A stretch of 63,840 bases of DNA, the filler included, from a bacterium (lineage in GTDB: Bacteria > JADJOY01), in assembly GCA_046331705.1 (NCBI GenBank). It is 4 parts of 4 records of this genome, joined end to end, with 100 filler letters (N's around TTAATTAATTAA, not from the genome) between each part and the next. Parts side by side here need not be neighbours in the genome. Positions count along the whole stretch, not along the records: positions 36,374 to 54,169 come from JAXLQJ010000094.1; positions 54,270 to 63,840 come from JAXLQJ010000104.1; 2 more parts are not named here. The stretch is one strand, 5' to 3'. Made by a program: the position numbers and the translations under genes. This document shows positions 50,686 to 60,988 of this stretch, piece after piece (the first letter of the stretch is position 1; each line of letters opens with the position of its first letter). A model generated the notes under the pieces. It was not told the origin of the DNA, ran no database searches, and worked only from the letters and a program-made list of their open reading frames with translations.

Positions 50686-50769
50686 ATGAGTTCGTTGTTG
50701 CTGGTACTCGGTGCCTACTACGTCGTGCTCTTTCTCGCCACGAAGGCGCTCGTGGAGGACGACCGATGA
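50686..50769 (+). CDS. Small single-TM protein (27 aa)
   Basis: MSSLLLVLGAYYVVLFLATKALVEDDR*; ATGA overlap with the next gene. Confidence 0.45.
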   Translation: MSSLLLVLGAYYVVLFLATKALVEDDR

Positions 50770-51356
50770 TCGCCGGTCACTACGCCACGGCGCTCATTCC
50801 CAAGGCGCGCTCGCCCGAGCTTCCGATCGCCTGGCTCCTGCTGGCGGCCAACTTCCCGGACTTCGTGTGGGTTGCCCTCGGCTTCGCGGGCATCGAGACA
50901 CCTCATCCGGTGTCCATCCTCGACGCCACGTTCGCCAACATCCGCGTGCGCATGACCTTCAGCCACGACGTGCTGCCGATTCTCGTCCATTCCGCCGCGT
51001 TCGCCGCCGTCGTGCTGCTCGCGGGTCGGGGGCGGCGGCTCGCCGCTTGGTGCGCCGCGCTGGTCGTGCTGCACCTGGGCTGCGACCTCGTCTCGGGTTT
51101 CGAGCACCATCTGTGGGGACCGGGCTCGCCGTCGATCGGGCTCGACACCTACGGTCGCGCCCCCCACGTGGCGCTGCTGATCGAGGCGATGACGTCGTTC
51201 GCCTGTGTCTTCTACTACGATCGCTCGTGCCGCGAGCGCGGGCGTCCACTCTCCCGCGGTCGCCGGCTCGGGCTATACGGGGTGCTCGTGGGCGGAGTCG
51301 TGGTGTGGCTCCCCACGGCGACGATGTCCCTCGCACGGATTCTCGGGCTGCACTGA
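50766..51356 (+). CDS. Membrane protein, putative metal-dependent hydrolase (YdjM-like)
   Basis: GH at N-terminus, PD, SH and H...D motifs within TM segments. Confidence 0.7.
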   Translation: MIAGHYATALIPKARSPELPIAWLLLAANFPDFVWVALGFAGIETPHPVSILDATFANIRVRMTFSHDVLPILVHSAAFAAVVLLAGRGRRLAAWCAALVVLHLGCDLVSGFEHHLWGPGSPSIGLDTYGRAPHVALLIEAMTSFACVFYYDRSCRERGRPLSRGRRLGLYGVLVGGVVVWLPTATMSLARILGLH

Positions 51357-51434
51357 TCCCGCGCACGGCGTCGAGGTGGGGCGCGTGGGGTCAGAGCGTC
51401 GCGAGGAGTGACGACCACGGCTCGATGCGGATGC

Positions 51435-51554
51435 TCCGAGCGCTCGATCGCAAATCAGATGGGGCACAGATCGACGCCGGTGCTGCGCGGGTACATCCGG
51501 CGGGCGACGGTGTTCGAAGCGACCGCCGCGACACGAATCGTGGGCCCGATGTGA
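51435..51554 (+). mobile_element. Tyrosine recombinase 3'-end remnant, copy B
   Basis: Reads SERSIANQMGHRSTPVLRGYIRRATVFEATAATRIVGPM*; GH...Y catalytic box II. Confidence 0.8.
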
Positions 51555-51868
51555 GCCGCGTCATCGTCCGCGGGAGCGTCCTGGTCCTTGCGACAGTTGG
51601 CCTGCGTGCATTATCGGTCGGTGCGCTTGATGTCTGGATGAGCGTCGAAGGCGCTTGCCCCGCGGAAAAGGGCTGCAGTACATGCTGCCAGCCGTCTCCT
51701 TGGCCGGTTCCGGGGAACGCGATCGCAGCGTTGGCGAGCGACACCAACGGAATCGGAGTGGCGGGCGAGGTCAGCGGTGGTCACGTGGGATCCAGGTGGC
51801 GACGGGGTGCCGACGATGCGGCGATGGATTGTGCAGGACTTGAGCGTCTTGTCGATCTCCTGCTCAGC

Positions 51869-52936
51869 TCACCGGTAGCTCTTCGGGATGTCCGCCGTCG
51901 GCTCGTTTCCCCCGCGGATCCAGTCGCGACACTGTTCGAACAGTCCCGGCCGCCAGAGGCCGTCGATGGGCTCGGCGATGCTCGCCAGTAGCGTCCGCGT
52001 GCTCTCGACGTCGCGCGCGCCGCACGCGTACATCGCGAACGCCTGACGGTTCCACGCCGAGGGGTACCTTGCAACGAGGTCTTGAAACCCCTTGTGCATG
52101 CGCGCCCAGTTGGCGCCGCCGTGCGTGAAGATTGGCCGCGACGCCATACCGCTGTTTCCGTAGAGCGACCAGTAGATTCGAGCGTAGAGCGACTCACCTT
52201 CGGTTGCCCGGGTTCGCTCCGCGGCTTGCGTCGCGAACGCGTCGAGCGCTTCCGCGCTGCCATACCAACGCGGGTGCAGGTAGTACGCCCGCGCGAAGTA
52301 GTGGCCGAAGAAGGTCGGCTCTTGAGCGACAGCCTCTTCGAACAACCGATCGAATCGCTCCTTTGGCCACGCCTCGTTGATCGCCATCCACAGCGACTCT
52401 TCATACCAATCGGGGCAGCGTCGGCCGTCGTCGCCCACGGCGTCGAGTGCGGCACGCGCTTTCGCCAGGCGCTCGCGAAATATCGGCCAGGCGCTGTCCT
52501 GAACCTCACGTGCGTACGTGTTGCCACGCGCGCGCCACGCGTACTGACGCCACGCGGCGGCTTCAACGACGTGAGCCGCCACCGACTCCGGCTGCTCGCC
52601 GCGCCACGCGGCGAGCAAGGCGAATCGCCGTTCCCAATCCGAGTCGGAACCTTGCTTCGCTTGGGGAACGAGCGCGGACAGAAAGTCGGAGAGCGCCCAC
52701 GTCCCCGACGGATCCCGCTCGCGCGTTGCTCGAAGTGCTCGTATGCGCTTGTCGAGCTGGCGAAAGTCGTGGTCTTTCAACAGCGCAACCGCCTCCGCGT
52801 CAAGCTCGTTTCGAGCCCGCGTGGTTGGGTCCTCTGCGGCACCGGAATGCGACGCACTGATGATGAGCGCAATCAAGCCGAGCGCGAGCACGATCGGGGC
52901 GCGGTGCGCCGGTCGGGGAGTGGATGTGTGCGCCAT
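51869..52936 (-). CDS. Secreted DUF4034-like protein
   Basis: Signal peptide; W...QPES, YAWRARG, YLHPRWYGS. Confidence 0.75.
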   Translation of the reverse strand: MAHTSTPRPAHRAPIVLALGLIALIISASHSGAAEDPTTRARNELDAEAVALLKDHDFRQLDKRIRALRATRERDPSGTWALSDFLSALVPQAKQGSDSDWERRFALLAAWRGEQPESVAAHVVEAAAWRQYAWRARGNTYAREVQDSAWPIFRERLAKARAALDAVGDDGRRCPDWYEESLWMAINEAWPKERFDRLFEEAVAQEPTFFGHYFARAYYLHPRWYGSAEALDAFATQAAERTRATEGESLYARIYWSLYGNSGMASRPIFTHGGANWARMHKGFQDLVARYPSAWNRQAFAMYACGARDVESTRTLLASIAEPIDGLWRPGLFEQCRDWIRGGNEPTADIPKSYR

Positions 52937-53056
52937 GGGGCTCTCCGGGAGGCGACCAGCGACGGTTCTCTTGCAGTAACCGGCGGAACGGCAGCCCCAA
53001 CCGTGGCACGAATGGCTGCATCGCCGCCACCGCCACATCGCGTGGCCTCGAGTCGC

Positions 53057-53251
53057 CTACGCCCCTTGGAGTGACGGCAGCTCCGCCCCGCAGAACGGGC
53101 AGTACCGAATGTCGTGGGTGATACTTGCGACGTCCGCAATACGCCAGCCGCAACTGCCTGCCAACCACACGACGCGCGTCTGGGCCTCCTCGCAGCAGCC
53201 TGCCCAGTGCGCGGATCCGCGGCGATTAACGGGGGCGGGGTCGTCGGTCAT
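53057..53251 (-). CDS. Small Cys-rich protein (CC...YCPFCG)
   Basis: GCCEEA and IRYCPFCGAEL, putative Zn ligands. Confidence 0.5.
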   Translation of the reverse strand: MTDDPAPVNRRGSAHWAGCCEEAQTRVVWLAGSCGWRIADVASITHDIRYCPFCGAELPSLQGA

Positions 53252-53955
53252 CGCGTGGCTGTCACGAATCGCGGTGCGCTCGGCTATTCGACGCCTTCTA
53301 CGAACAATGACGCACCTGGCGGTGCGCGTGCCGCAGCGAGTGGCATCATCCGCTATCGCACGAGCAGCGAGCAATATGCCAGAAGTTCGACGAACGGACG
53401 CATCGTTCCCTCCGAGCAGCGCCTCCGGAAATCCCGCCGGGTTCCCTGGTAACCGCTGATTGTGATACGTCGAGGCATGCGCTCACGGCCGGGTCGTCAT
53501 CTGCGAGTCGATGTGGTACCCGCTCGTGCTCGGCGGGCGCCCCCGCCGGGGCCGCGTGGAGCCACTGCGGTAAGCACCACGATCGCCGAGCAGTGCCTTC
53601 GCGATCTCGTGAACGAGCGCGTCTCGACACGTGCGTCTGCCGTCGCTGTGGCGAAGCGCCTCGGCGACGACGCGCCGCCCGCGGTTCGCTACGTGTTGGC
53701 GGTGCTCGCCGAGCATGATCCGGACGATGCGATTCGTCGGGTTGCTGCCGGCTCGGCGTCGCAATCCCCGGAGCCACAATGAGCCAAGCGCACGACCGAG
53801 ACGCACGCCCCGCGTGTCCGAAGTGCGGCGTCACGCGCGTGCACCGCGTCACGTGGACGGATCCGCGAAGGGGAAGAAATAGTTGTCGTCGACCGGCAGG
53901 ACTTCTTGACGCCGATCAACGTGGTGAGAGAACGCCCACAGGCCACCCTGGGCTT

Positions 53956-53971
53956 ACACACGCGAGTGTGT
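53956..53971. promoter_or_regulatory. Palindrome upstream of the antitoxin (probable TA operator)
   Basis: ACACAC-gcga-GTGTGT about 30 nt before the VapB ATG. Confidence 0.5.
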
Positions 53972-53999
53972 GAACTGGCTTGCAGACCCGGAGGTGGAG

Positions 54000-54169
54000 A
54001 TGCCCACGAATCTAGCTGTCGACGACGAGCTCATCGAGCAGGCCCGGCGCGTCGGCAAGCACAAGACCAAGAAGGACGCCGTGACGGTCGCACTCCAGGA
54101 ATACATCAAGCTCCAGCGCCGGCGGGGAATCCTCGACCTCGAAGGCCAGGTCGACTTCTGGCCGGGCTA
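54000..54169 (+). CDS. VapB-family antitoxin (truncated by spacer)
   Basis: MPTNLAVDDELIEQA...KTKKDAVTVALQEYI; GGAGG RBS. Confidence 0.85.
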
Positions 54170-54269
54170 NNNNNNNNNNNNNNNNNNNNNNNNNNNNNNN
54201 NNNNNNNNNNNNNTTAATTAATTAANNNNNNNNNNNNNNNNNNNNNNNNNNNNNNNNNNNNNNNNNNNN
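54170..54269. other. Artificial contig spacer
   Basis: N-run with TTAATTAATTAA. Confidence 0.98.
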
Positions 54270-54960
54270 CCTCGTCGCTCTCGTCACCACCCAGGGCTTC
54301 CGCGTCGTACGACTCGGCGGCGACCTTGGAGCGCTTCTTTTTCTTCTTGGGCGTCGCCGCCGCGACAGCGGTCGCCGGCGCTTGATCCGCGGGCGCGGCG
54401 GTGGCCGCCGGGGTGGACGTGGGCGCCGTGGCGGCACTCGCAGGTGGCGCGCCGGTGGGTGGTGCCGGCGTCACGGACACGCTGGTCTGCGGCGCGGGCA
54501 CCGCGGTCCCGGGAGCATCCACGACCAGGATCAGGATTCGAAACGGCGAGGTGAGCGAGCTCACGCGGGTCACGACCTGGGCCACCGCGTCGATACGCAC
54601 GACGAAGCCGCCGCGCTCCCCTTCCCCGCCCGTGGGAGTGATCTCGACCCGCCGCACGCGCGGGTCGGCGGGGTCCACCCGCGGCACGGCGCGCGCGCCG
54701 ACCGCGGCCGCGTAGACCTGCACCTCGAACGACGATCCATCGCTGCTCGGCCGCAACCGATCGAGGTAGGGCACCGGTCGATCGAAGTCGAGGAAGATCG
54801 CGGTCTGCTCGGCGCCCGACGAGACGCGCACGGACTGCAAGGTCGCGAGCGGCTCGAGCGCGTCCTGGGCACGCGCCGGCGCGGCACCGATCCCGACCAG
54901 CCACAGCCAACCGACGACGAGCGGCGTGATGGAACGACGCCGGGATTCAAGGATCGACAT
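54270..54960 (-). CDS. Secreted AMIN-like domain protein (3' truncated)
   Basis: Signal ending ARA; LQSVRV...IFLDFD..V.Y...LTSPFRILI; Pro/Ala linker. Confidence 0.6.
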
Positions 54961-55094
54961 CGCGCTCTCGACTCCGGATCGATGCGGGGTGGTGCTCGGC
55001 TCGGGCACGCGCCCGGGTTCCGCCGGATGCGCCGCGTGCGCCGCCGAGTGGGACCGTCGAGCGCGCGGTAACATCCGCCCGTCACCTCGGTGTG

Positions 55095-56438
55095 TCAACA
55101 CCCGCGCGTCACCCGCGCGCGTCGCCGCGTGAGCGTCACGGGAACGCCGAGCCGCTTCATCGCCGCGCCGACCAGGTAGAGCGAGCCGATCACCACCACG
55201 ACGCCGTCGGCCCTTGCCAGCGCGCGAGCCCGGGAGAGCGCCCGCGGCCAGGGCGCGACCGCGTGGGCCGGCATTCCCGCTCGCCGCGCGGAATCGACGA
55301 GCTCCGCGGCGGCGACCGCGTCCGCGCGCGGCACGGTGGTGCACACGACCGCGTCCCAGGGCACGCGCCGCAGCGACCCGAGCAACCGCTCCGGCGACTT
55401 GGTGCGCAACGCACCCACCACCACCACGCGCGGACCCGCGAACGGGGCCACCAGCGCGCCCAGCGCTCGCGCCGATGCCGCAGCGCCGTGCGGGTTGTGC
55501 GCGCCGTCGAAGATCCACGTCGGGTGCCCGCGCACGACGTCGAGCCGTCCCGGCCAGCGTGTCTCGGCGAGCGCCGCGCGCACCGCCGCGGCGTCGACCG
55601 CGAGCCCGAGCTCCGCGATGCACTCGAGTGCCCGCAGCGCGAGCACCGCGTTGCCCACCTGATGCGCGCCGAGCAATCCGAGCGGCGCCCGCTCGAGCAC
55701 CAAGCGCTTGCCGCGATAGCTCACCACCCCGCCCGCGCCGGCGCCGCGAGTCGCGAGCGGCGGCGTCTGCACCGCGATCCCGTGGGCGCGGGCGTGCGCA
55801 TCGATCACACACCGCGCGGCGCCGCTCGCGACGCCCGTCACCAGCGTCCCGCCCGGGCTCGCGATCTCGACTTTCTCGCGGGCGATGGCGCGCCGCGTGG
55901 TGCCCAGGAACTCGGTGTGGTCGAGCTCGACGTTGGTGAGCACGGCCACCGGCGCCAGGCCGACGTTGGTGGCGTCCCAGCGTCCGCCGAGCCCCACCTC
56001 GAGCACCGCCACGTCCACCCGGCGGCGCACCATCTCGAGCAACGCCACCACCGTCACGAGCTCGAAGTACGTGAGCCGCACCGCCGGCGGCCGCTCGATG
56101 GCGCGGCGGACCCGCGCGATGCCGTTCGCCAGCGCCGCCCAGCCGATGGCGGCGCCGTTCACCCGGATGCGCTCGCGCACGTCGACGAGATGCGGCGAAG
56201 TATAGAGGCCGACCGCGAGGCCGCTGCGTTGCAGCGCCGCCGCGATCAGCGCCGAGACCGAGCCCTTCCCGTTGGTGCCGCCCACCCGCACGATCCGTAG
56301 CCGTCGCTCCGGGTGATCGAGACGAGCGAGCGCCTCGCGCACCCGTTCGAGCCCCGGGCGGATGTCGCGCGGATCGATCGCGTCGAGGTAGCGAAGCGCC
56401 CGACGCCGGCGCGCCGTGGCGGCGTCGCTCCGCCGCAC
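55095..56438 (-). CDS. folC: Folylpolyglutamate/dihydrofolate synthase
   Basis: GTNGKGS, YTSPHL...ERI, EVGLGGRWDATN, DH...LG, WPGR, DGAHN, GSLYL. Start approximate. Confidence 0.93.
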   Translation of the reverse strand: MRRSDAATARRRRALRYLDAIDPRDIRPGLERVREALARLDHPERRLRIVRVGGTNGKGSVSALIAAALQRSGLAVGLYTSPHLVDVRERIRVNGAAIGWAALANGIARVRRAIERPPAVRLTYFELVTVVALLEMVRRRVDVAVLEVGLGGRWDATNVGLAPVAVLTNVELDHTEFLGTTRRAIAREKVEIASPGGTLVTGVASGAARCVIDAHARAHGIAVQTPPLATRGAGAGGVVSYRGKRLVLERAPLGLLGAHQVGNAVLALRALECIAELGLAVDAAAVRAALAETRWPGRLDVVRGHPTWIFDGAHNPHGAAASARALGALVAPFAGPRVVVVGALRTKSPERLLGSLRRVPWDAVVCTTVPRADAVAAAELVDSARRAGMPAHAVAPWPRALSRARALARADGVVVVIGSLYLVGAAMKRLGVPVTLTRRRARVTRGC

Positions 56439-56490
56439 CCATGACGGCAAGCGCGTGGCCGGCGAGCGACGACTCGACGAACGCGCGCGC

Positions 56491-57411
56491 TCAGGTCGTG
56501 CCGGAGAACGCCTGCCCGTCGCCATTGCCTGCGCCGGTCGCGCCCTCGTGCGCCGAGAGGTACCGCCGGCTGCCGGGCGCGTGCGCCTGCCCCAGGAGCA
56601 GGCTCAGGATGCGCGCCAGCGTCTCCTTCACGTGGCGTCGCTCGACGATGCGGTCGATGAAGCCGTGCTCGAGCAGGAACTCGGAGCGCTGGAATCCCTC
56701 GGGCAGCGTTTCCTTGATGGTCTGCTGGATCACCCGCGGACCCGCGAAGCCGATGAGCGCGCGCGGCTCGGCCAGGATCACGTCTCCGACGGTCGCGAAG
56801 CTCGCCACCGTTCCTCCGGTGGTCGGATCGGCGAGCAGCGAGACGTAAGGCAGCCCCGCGCGGCGAAGCCGTGCCAGCGCGCCGACCGTCTTCGCCATCT
56901 GCATCAAGCTCAGGGTGCCTTCCTGCATGCGGGCACCGCCGCTCGACGACACGATCACCACCGGCAGCCGATCGCGCATCGCCGCGTCCACGAGACGAAC
57001 GATCTTCTCGCCCACCACCGAGCTCAGGCTGCCGCCGAAGAAGTGGAAGTCCATGACGCCGATCATGCAGGGCACGCCGCCCAGCCGGCACGAGCCCGTG
57101 ACGATGGCCTCGCGCGAGCCCGTCTTCTTCTGGGCGTCGCGGACCCGATCGGGGTAGCGCGCCGGGTCCCGAAACCCGAGTGGATCGAGCGGCTCGAGCT
57201 CGGCGTCGAGCTCCTGGAAGCTCGACGCGTCGGTCATGATCGCGATCCGTTCGCGCGCGGAGATGCGGAAGTGATAGTTGCACTTCGGGCAGACGCTGAA
57301 GTTGCGCTCGACTTCCTTCTTGTAGAGCATCTGGCTGCACGCGTTGCACTTGAGCCAGAGCCCCTTGGGGATCGAGACGCGGCTCTCGCCTTCCTTCTTG
57401 AACCAGGCCAT
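56491..57411 (-). CDS. accD: Acetyl-CoA carboxylase carboxyltransferase beta subunit
   Basis: LWLKC..C...CPKC Zn finger, SGGARMQEG, PTTGG, IGFAGPRVI, FQRSEFL. Confidence 0.96.
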   Translation of the reverse strand: MAWFKKEGESRVSIPKGLWLKCNACSQMLYKKEVERNFSVCPKCNYHFRISARERIAIMTDASSFQELDAELEPLDPLGFRDPARYPDRVRDAQKKTGSREAIVTGSCRLGGVPCMIGVMDFHFFGGSLSSVVGEKIVRLVDAAMRDRLPVVIVSSSGGARMQEGTLSLMQMAKTVGALARLRRAGLPYVSLLADPTTGGTVASFATVGDVILAEPRALIGFAGPRVIQQTIKETLPEGFQRSEFLLEHGFIDRIVERRHVKETLARILSLLLGQAHAPGSRRYLSAHEGATGAGNGDGQAFSGTT

Positions 57412-58238
57412 CAGCGCGCTCTCCGGCGGGTGGCTGCCGGCACTCGATCGAGTGCCGCGCGCAACTCGCGCACGAACGAAGCCACTCGCTCACAGGCACC
57501 GCGCGCGCCCCCCGCGCCCGGTACGCGGCGAACCACCGCCGAGCCGACGATCACCCCGTCGGCCACCGCGGCGACCTCGGCGGCCTGCTCGGGCGTGCTG
57601 ATGCCGAAGCCCACCAGCACCGGTCGATCCACGGCCCGCTGGACCGTGCGGATCCTCGCCGGCAGATCCGAACGCAGCTTGGTGCGCTCGCCGGTCACGC
57701 CCGTGAGCGACACGTAGTAGACGAAGCCGCGGCTTCTGCGGCCGATCTCGGCGAGCCGCGCCGCTTTGGTGGTGGGCGCGACGAGCAACACGGTGTCGAT
57801 GTCGTGGGCGCGCAGCGGCCGGAAGGTCTGCTCGCCGTCCTCGATGGGCAGGTCCGGGATGATGATGCCGTCGATGCCGGCGGCGCTCGCCGCCTGCGCG
57901 AAGCGCTCGGCGCCGAACGCGTGGATGGGGTTGATCGAGCCCATGAGCACCAGCGGCACGCGCACCTTCCCGCGAATCCGCGCCACCATGTCCAGGATCG
58001 CACGAAGCGTGGTGCCCGACGCCAGCGCGCGTGCGTTCGAGAGCTGGATCACCGGGCCATCCGCGAGCGGATCCGAGAACGGGATGCCGAGCTCGATGGC
58101 GTCGGCGCCCGCCGCTTCGAGCGCGAAGATGAGCTTCTCGGTGGTCGCGAGGTCCGGATCGCCGGCGGTGATGAACGGCACCAGCACGCGACGACCGCTG
58201 GCGCGCGCCGCGGCGAAGGAGGTGGTGAGCCGGCTCAT
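57411..58238 (-). CDS. trpA: Tryptophan synthase alpha chain
   Basis: ELGIPFSDPLADGPVIQ, GVTG, VGFGIS, DGVIVGSA. Confidence 0.97.
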   Translation of the reverse strand: MSRLTTSFAAARASGRRVLVPFITAGDPDLATTEKLIFALEAAGADAIELGIPFSDPLADGPVIQLSNARALASGTTLRAILDMVARIRGKVRVPLVLMGSINPIHAFGAERFAQAASAAGIDGIIIPDLPIEDGEQTFRPLRAHDIDTVLLVAPTTKAARLAEIGRRSRGFVYYVSLTGVTGERTKLRSDLPARIRTVQRAVDRPVLVGFGISTPEQAAEVAAVADGVIVGSAVVRRVPGAGGARGACERVASFVRELRAALDRVPAATRRRAR

Positions 58239-58311
58239 CGTCGCCTCGCCACGAGCCACGGGCTGGGAACGCCGTCGGTGAGGGCCGCGGCGGCGACCGG
58301 ATTCGGCGCCA

Positions 58312-59547
58312 TCAGGCGAGCTCCTTGGCGAGCCGCTCGGAGACCTTCATGACGTCCTTGTCGCCGCGTCCCGAAAGATTGAGCACCACCAGCTGTCCCT
58401 TGCGCAGTTGCTTGCGACGCGCGGCGCGGCGCACCCAGGCGATCGCATGCGCCGTCTCGAGCGCGGGGATGATGCCCTCCTTGCGCGCCAGATACTGGAA
58501 TCCCTCGAGCGCCTCGTCGTCGGTGACCGCGTCGACCTCCAGACGGCCCTGCGCCTTCCACGCCGAGAGCTCCGGCCCCGAGCCCGGATAATCGAGGCCC
58601 GCCGAGATCGAGTGCGCGGGGAGGATCTGCCCGTCGGCGTCCTGCAACACGTAGCTCAGGCTGCCGTGCAGCACGCCCGGCTTGCCACGCCCCAGCGACG
58701 CGCCGTGCTGGCCGGTCGAGATGCCCAATCCCGCGGCTTCCACGCCGACCATGCGCACCTCGCGGTCGGCGAGAAACGGATGGAAGAATCCACTGGCGTT
58801 CGAGCCGCCGCCGACGCACGCGACCAGGAGGTCCGGCAGCCGCTTGGTCGCCGCGCGAATCTGGCGCCGGGTCTCGCGTCCGATCACCGACTGGAGCTCG
58901 CGCACGATCCACGGATACGGGTGCGGCCCGACGGCCGAGCCGATCACGTAATGGGTGCTCTCGACGTGGGTGGCCCAGTCGCGGATGGCCTCGCTGGTGG
59001 CGTCCTTGAGCGTGCGGGTGCCGGAGGTGACCGCCACCACGCGGGTTCCCATGAGCCGCATGCGGAAGACGTTGAGCGCCTGGCGATCGATGTCCTCTTC
59101 GCCCATGTAGACGACGCATTCGAGGCCGAAGAGCGCCGCCACGGTGGCGGTCGCGACTCCGTGCTGGCCGGCACCGGTCTCGGCGATGATGCGCTTCTTG
59201 CCCATCCGCCGCGCGAGCAGCACCTGGCCGATGGTGTTGTTGATCTTGTGCGCGCCGGTATGACAGAGGTCCTCGCGCTTCAAGTAGAGCCGAATCCCGA
59301 GCTCCTCGCTGACCCGCGCCGCGCGGGTCAGCGGCGTCGGCCGGCCCACGTAGTTGCGCAGCAGGTCGTCGACCTCGCGGCGGAACGCACGATCCCGGCG
59401 CGCCTCGCGCCAAGCCCGCTCGAGCTCGACGCATGCGGGGACCACGGTCTCGGGGACGTAGCGGCCGCCGAAGGGACCGAAGCGCCCGTGCTCGTCGGGC
59501 ACCGAACCAACTCCCGCGTGAGCGCGCGGCTCGCGTGCGCGTCTCAC
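58312..59547 (-). CDS. trpB: Tryptophan synthase beta chain
   Basis: [52 protein letters not shown]. Confidence 0.97.
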   Translation of the reverse strand: MRRAREPRAHAGVGSVPDEHGRFGPFGGRYVPETVVPACVELERAWREARRDRAFRREVDDLLRNYVGRPTPLTRAARVSEELGIRLYLKREDLCHTGAHKINNTIGQVLLARRMGKKRIIAETGAGQHGVATATVAALFGLECVVYMGEEDIDRQALNVFRMRLMGTRVVAVTSGTRTLKDATSEAIRDWATHVESTHYVIGSAVGPHPYPWIVRELQSVIGRETRRQIRAATKRLPDLLVACVGGGSNASGFFHPFLADREVRMVGVEAAGLGISTGQHGASLGRGKPGVLHGSLSYVLQDADGQILPAHSISAGLDYPGSGPELSAWKAQGRLEVDAVTDDEALEGFQYLARKEGIIPALETAHAIAWVRRAARRKQLRKGQLVVLNLSGRGDKDVMKVSERLAKELA

Positions 59548-60179
59548 GAGCGGGCCTCGATCGCGGCGAAGGCATGGTGGGCGCGCTCCACGAATGTCCG
59601 TACCTTTCTCGGGTCCTTGCGACCGGGTGCCGCTTCGACGCCGCTCGCGACGTCGACGGCGTAGGGTTGCACCTGGCGCACGGCGTCGGCGACGTTCTCG
59701 CAATCCAGTCCGCCGGCGAGGATGAGCGGGAAGCGCCGCGCGGCGGCGCGCGCGAGATTCCAGTCGCCGCGCACGCCCGTGCCGCCGGCTTGCCCGGGCA
59801 CGAACGCGTCCACCAGCACGGCGCTCGCGCCGTATTCCTCGACGCCTTCCAGATCCCGCTCGTCGCGGGCGCGGACGGCACGGATCACGCGTCGGCTCAA
59901 GCTGCGCGCGAGCTCGGGAGGCTCGGCGCCATGCAGCTGGATGACGTCCAGTCCCACTTGCGCCGCGATCGACTCGATCGACTCGCGGGATTCGTCGACG
60001 AAGACGCCCACGCGCGTCACGAAGGCCGGCAAGGTGCGGGCGAGCGGTGCGGCGACGGACGGATCGATCCAGCGCTTGCTGGCGCGATGGAAGTTGAAGC
60101 CGACCGCATCGGCGCCCGCGTCCACCACCGCTTGCAGATCGCGCGCGGTGGTCACGCCGCAGATCTTCACGCGGATCAT
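59544..60179 (-). CDS. trpF: Phosphoribosylanthranilate isomerase
   Basis: VKICG, QLHG, GGTG, LAGGL, DVASGVE. Confidence 0.96.
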   Translation of the reverse strand: MIRVKICGVTTARDLQAVVDAGADAVGFNFHRASKRWIDPSVAAPLARTLPAFVTRVGVFVDESRESIESIAAQVGLDVIQLHGAEPPELARSLSRRVIRAVRARDERDLEGVEEYGASAVLVDAFVPGQAGGTGVRGDWNLARAAARRFPLILAGGLDCENVADAVRQVQPYAVDVASGVEAAPGRKDPRKVRTFVERAHHAFAAIEARS

Positions 60180-60988
60180 CGGAGCCCGCCCCGCCCGAGG
60201 AGCGAACGGATCTGGGCCACGGGATCGTCGGCGCGCATCAGCGACTCGCCCACCAGCACCCCGCGCACGCCGCTCTCGCCCACGCGCAGCACGTCCTCGC
60301 GCGTGAAGATGCCGGACTCGGAGACCACGGGGACGTGCCGCGGCACCTCGGGCGCGAGCGTGAGGGTGACGTCGAGCTTGGTCTCGAAGGTGGTGAGATC
60401 GCGGTTGTTGATGCCCACCAGATCGGAACCGCGCTCGAGCGCGAGATCGAGCTCGCGGGCCTGGTGGACCTCGACGAGCGTGTCGAGCCCCACCTCGCGA
60501 GCCGCGGCCAGAAGCTCGCCCAGCAGCGCGCGATCGAGCGCGGCCACGATCAAGAGCATCGCGTCGGCGCCGGCGGCGCGCGTCTCGAAGACCTGATAGG
60601 GATCGACGATGAAGTCCTTGCGCAGCACCGGGATCTCGGTGGCGTCGCGGGCACGCTCGAGGTCGTCGAGCGTGCCGCGGAAGAAGCCCTCGTCCGTGAG
60701 CACGCTCATCGCTTGCGCGCCACCGGCCGCATAGCTGCGCGCCCGCTCGGCGGGCTCGGCGCCGCTCGCGAGCTGGCCCTTCGACGGCGAGGCGCGCTTG
60801 AACTCGGCGATCAGCGCCGGCGCTTCCGGGCTCGCCTCGTCGATGCGTTTGCGAAACCCACGCGCGGCACCCCGCCCGAGCGCGGCGTCCTCGAGCGTGC
60901 GCAGGCTGTAGCGCTTGCGCAGCGCCAGCACTTCCTCGCGCTTGCGATCCAGGATCTGACGCAGCAGGCCTTCCGGTCGCGCGGTCAT
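60176..60988 (-). CDS. trpC: Indole-3-glycerol phosphate synthase
   Basis: [40 protein letters not shown]. Confidence 0.97.
   Translation of the reverse strand: MTARPEGLLRQILDRKREEVLALRKRYSLRTLEDAALGRGAARGFRKRIDEASPEAPALIAEFKRASPSKGQLASGAEPAERARSYAAGGAQAMSVLTDEGFFRGTLDDLERARDATEIPVLRKDFIVDPYQVFETRAAGADAMLLIVAALDRALLGELLAAAREVGLDTLVEVHQARELDLALERGSDLVGINNRDLTTFETKLDVTLTLAPEVPRHVPVVSESGIFTREDVLRVGESGVRGVLVGESLMRADDPVAQIRSLLGRGGLR

Noticed and set aside
18149-54269. Three identical TTAATTAATTAA motifs spaced about 18 kb apart
   Set aside because: Each sits in a 100-nt N run. They are artificial six-frame-stop linkers between contigs of decreasing length, not biology.
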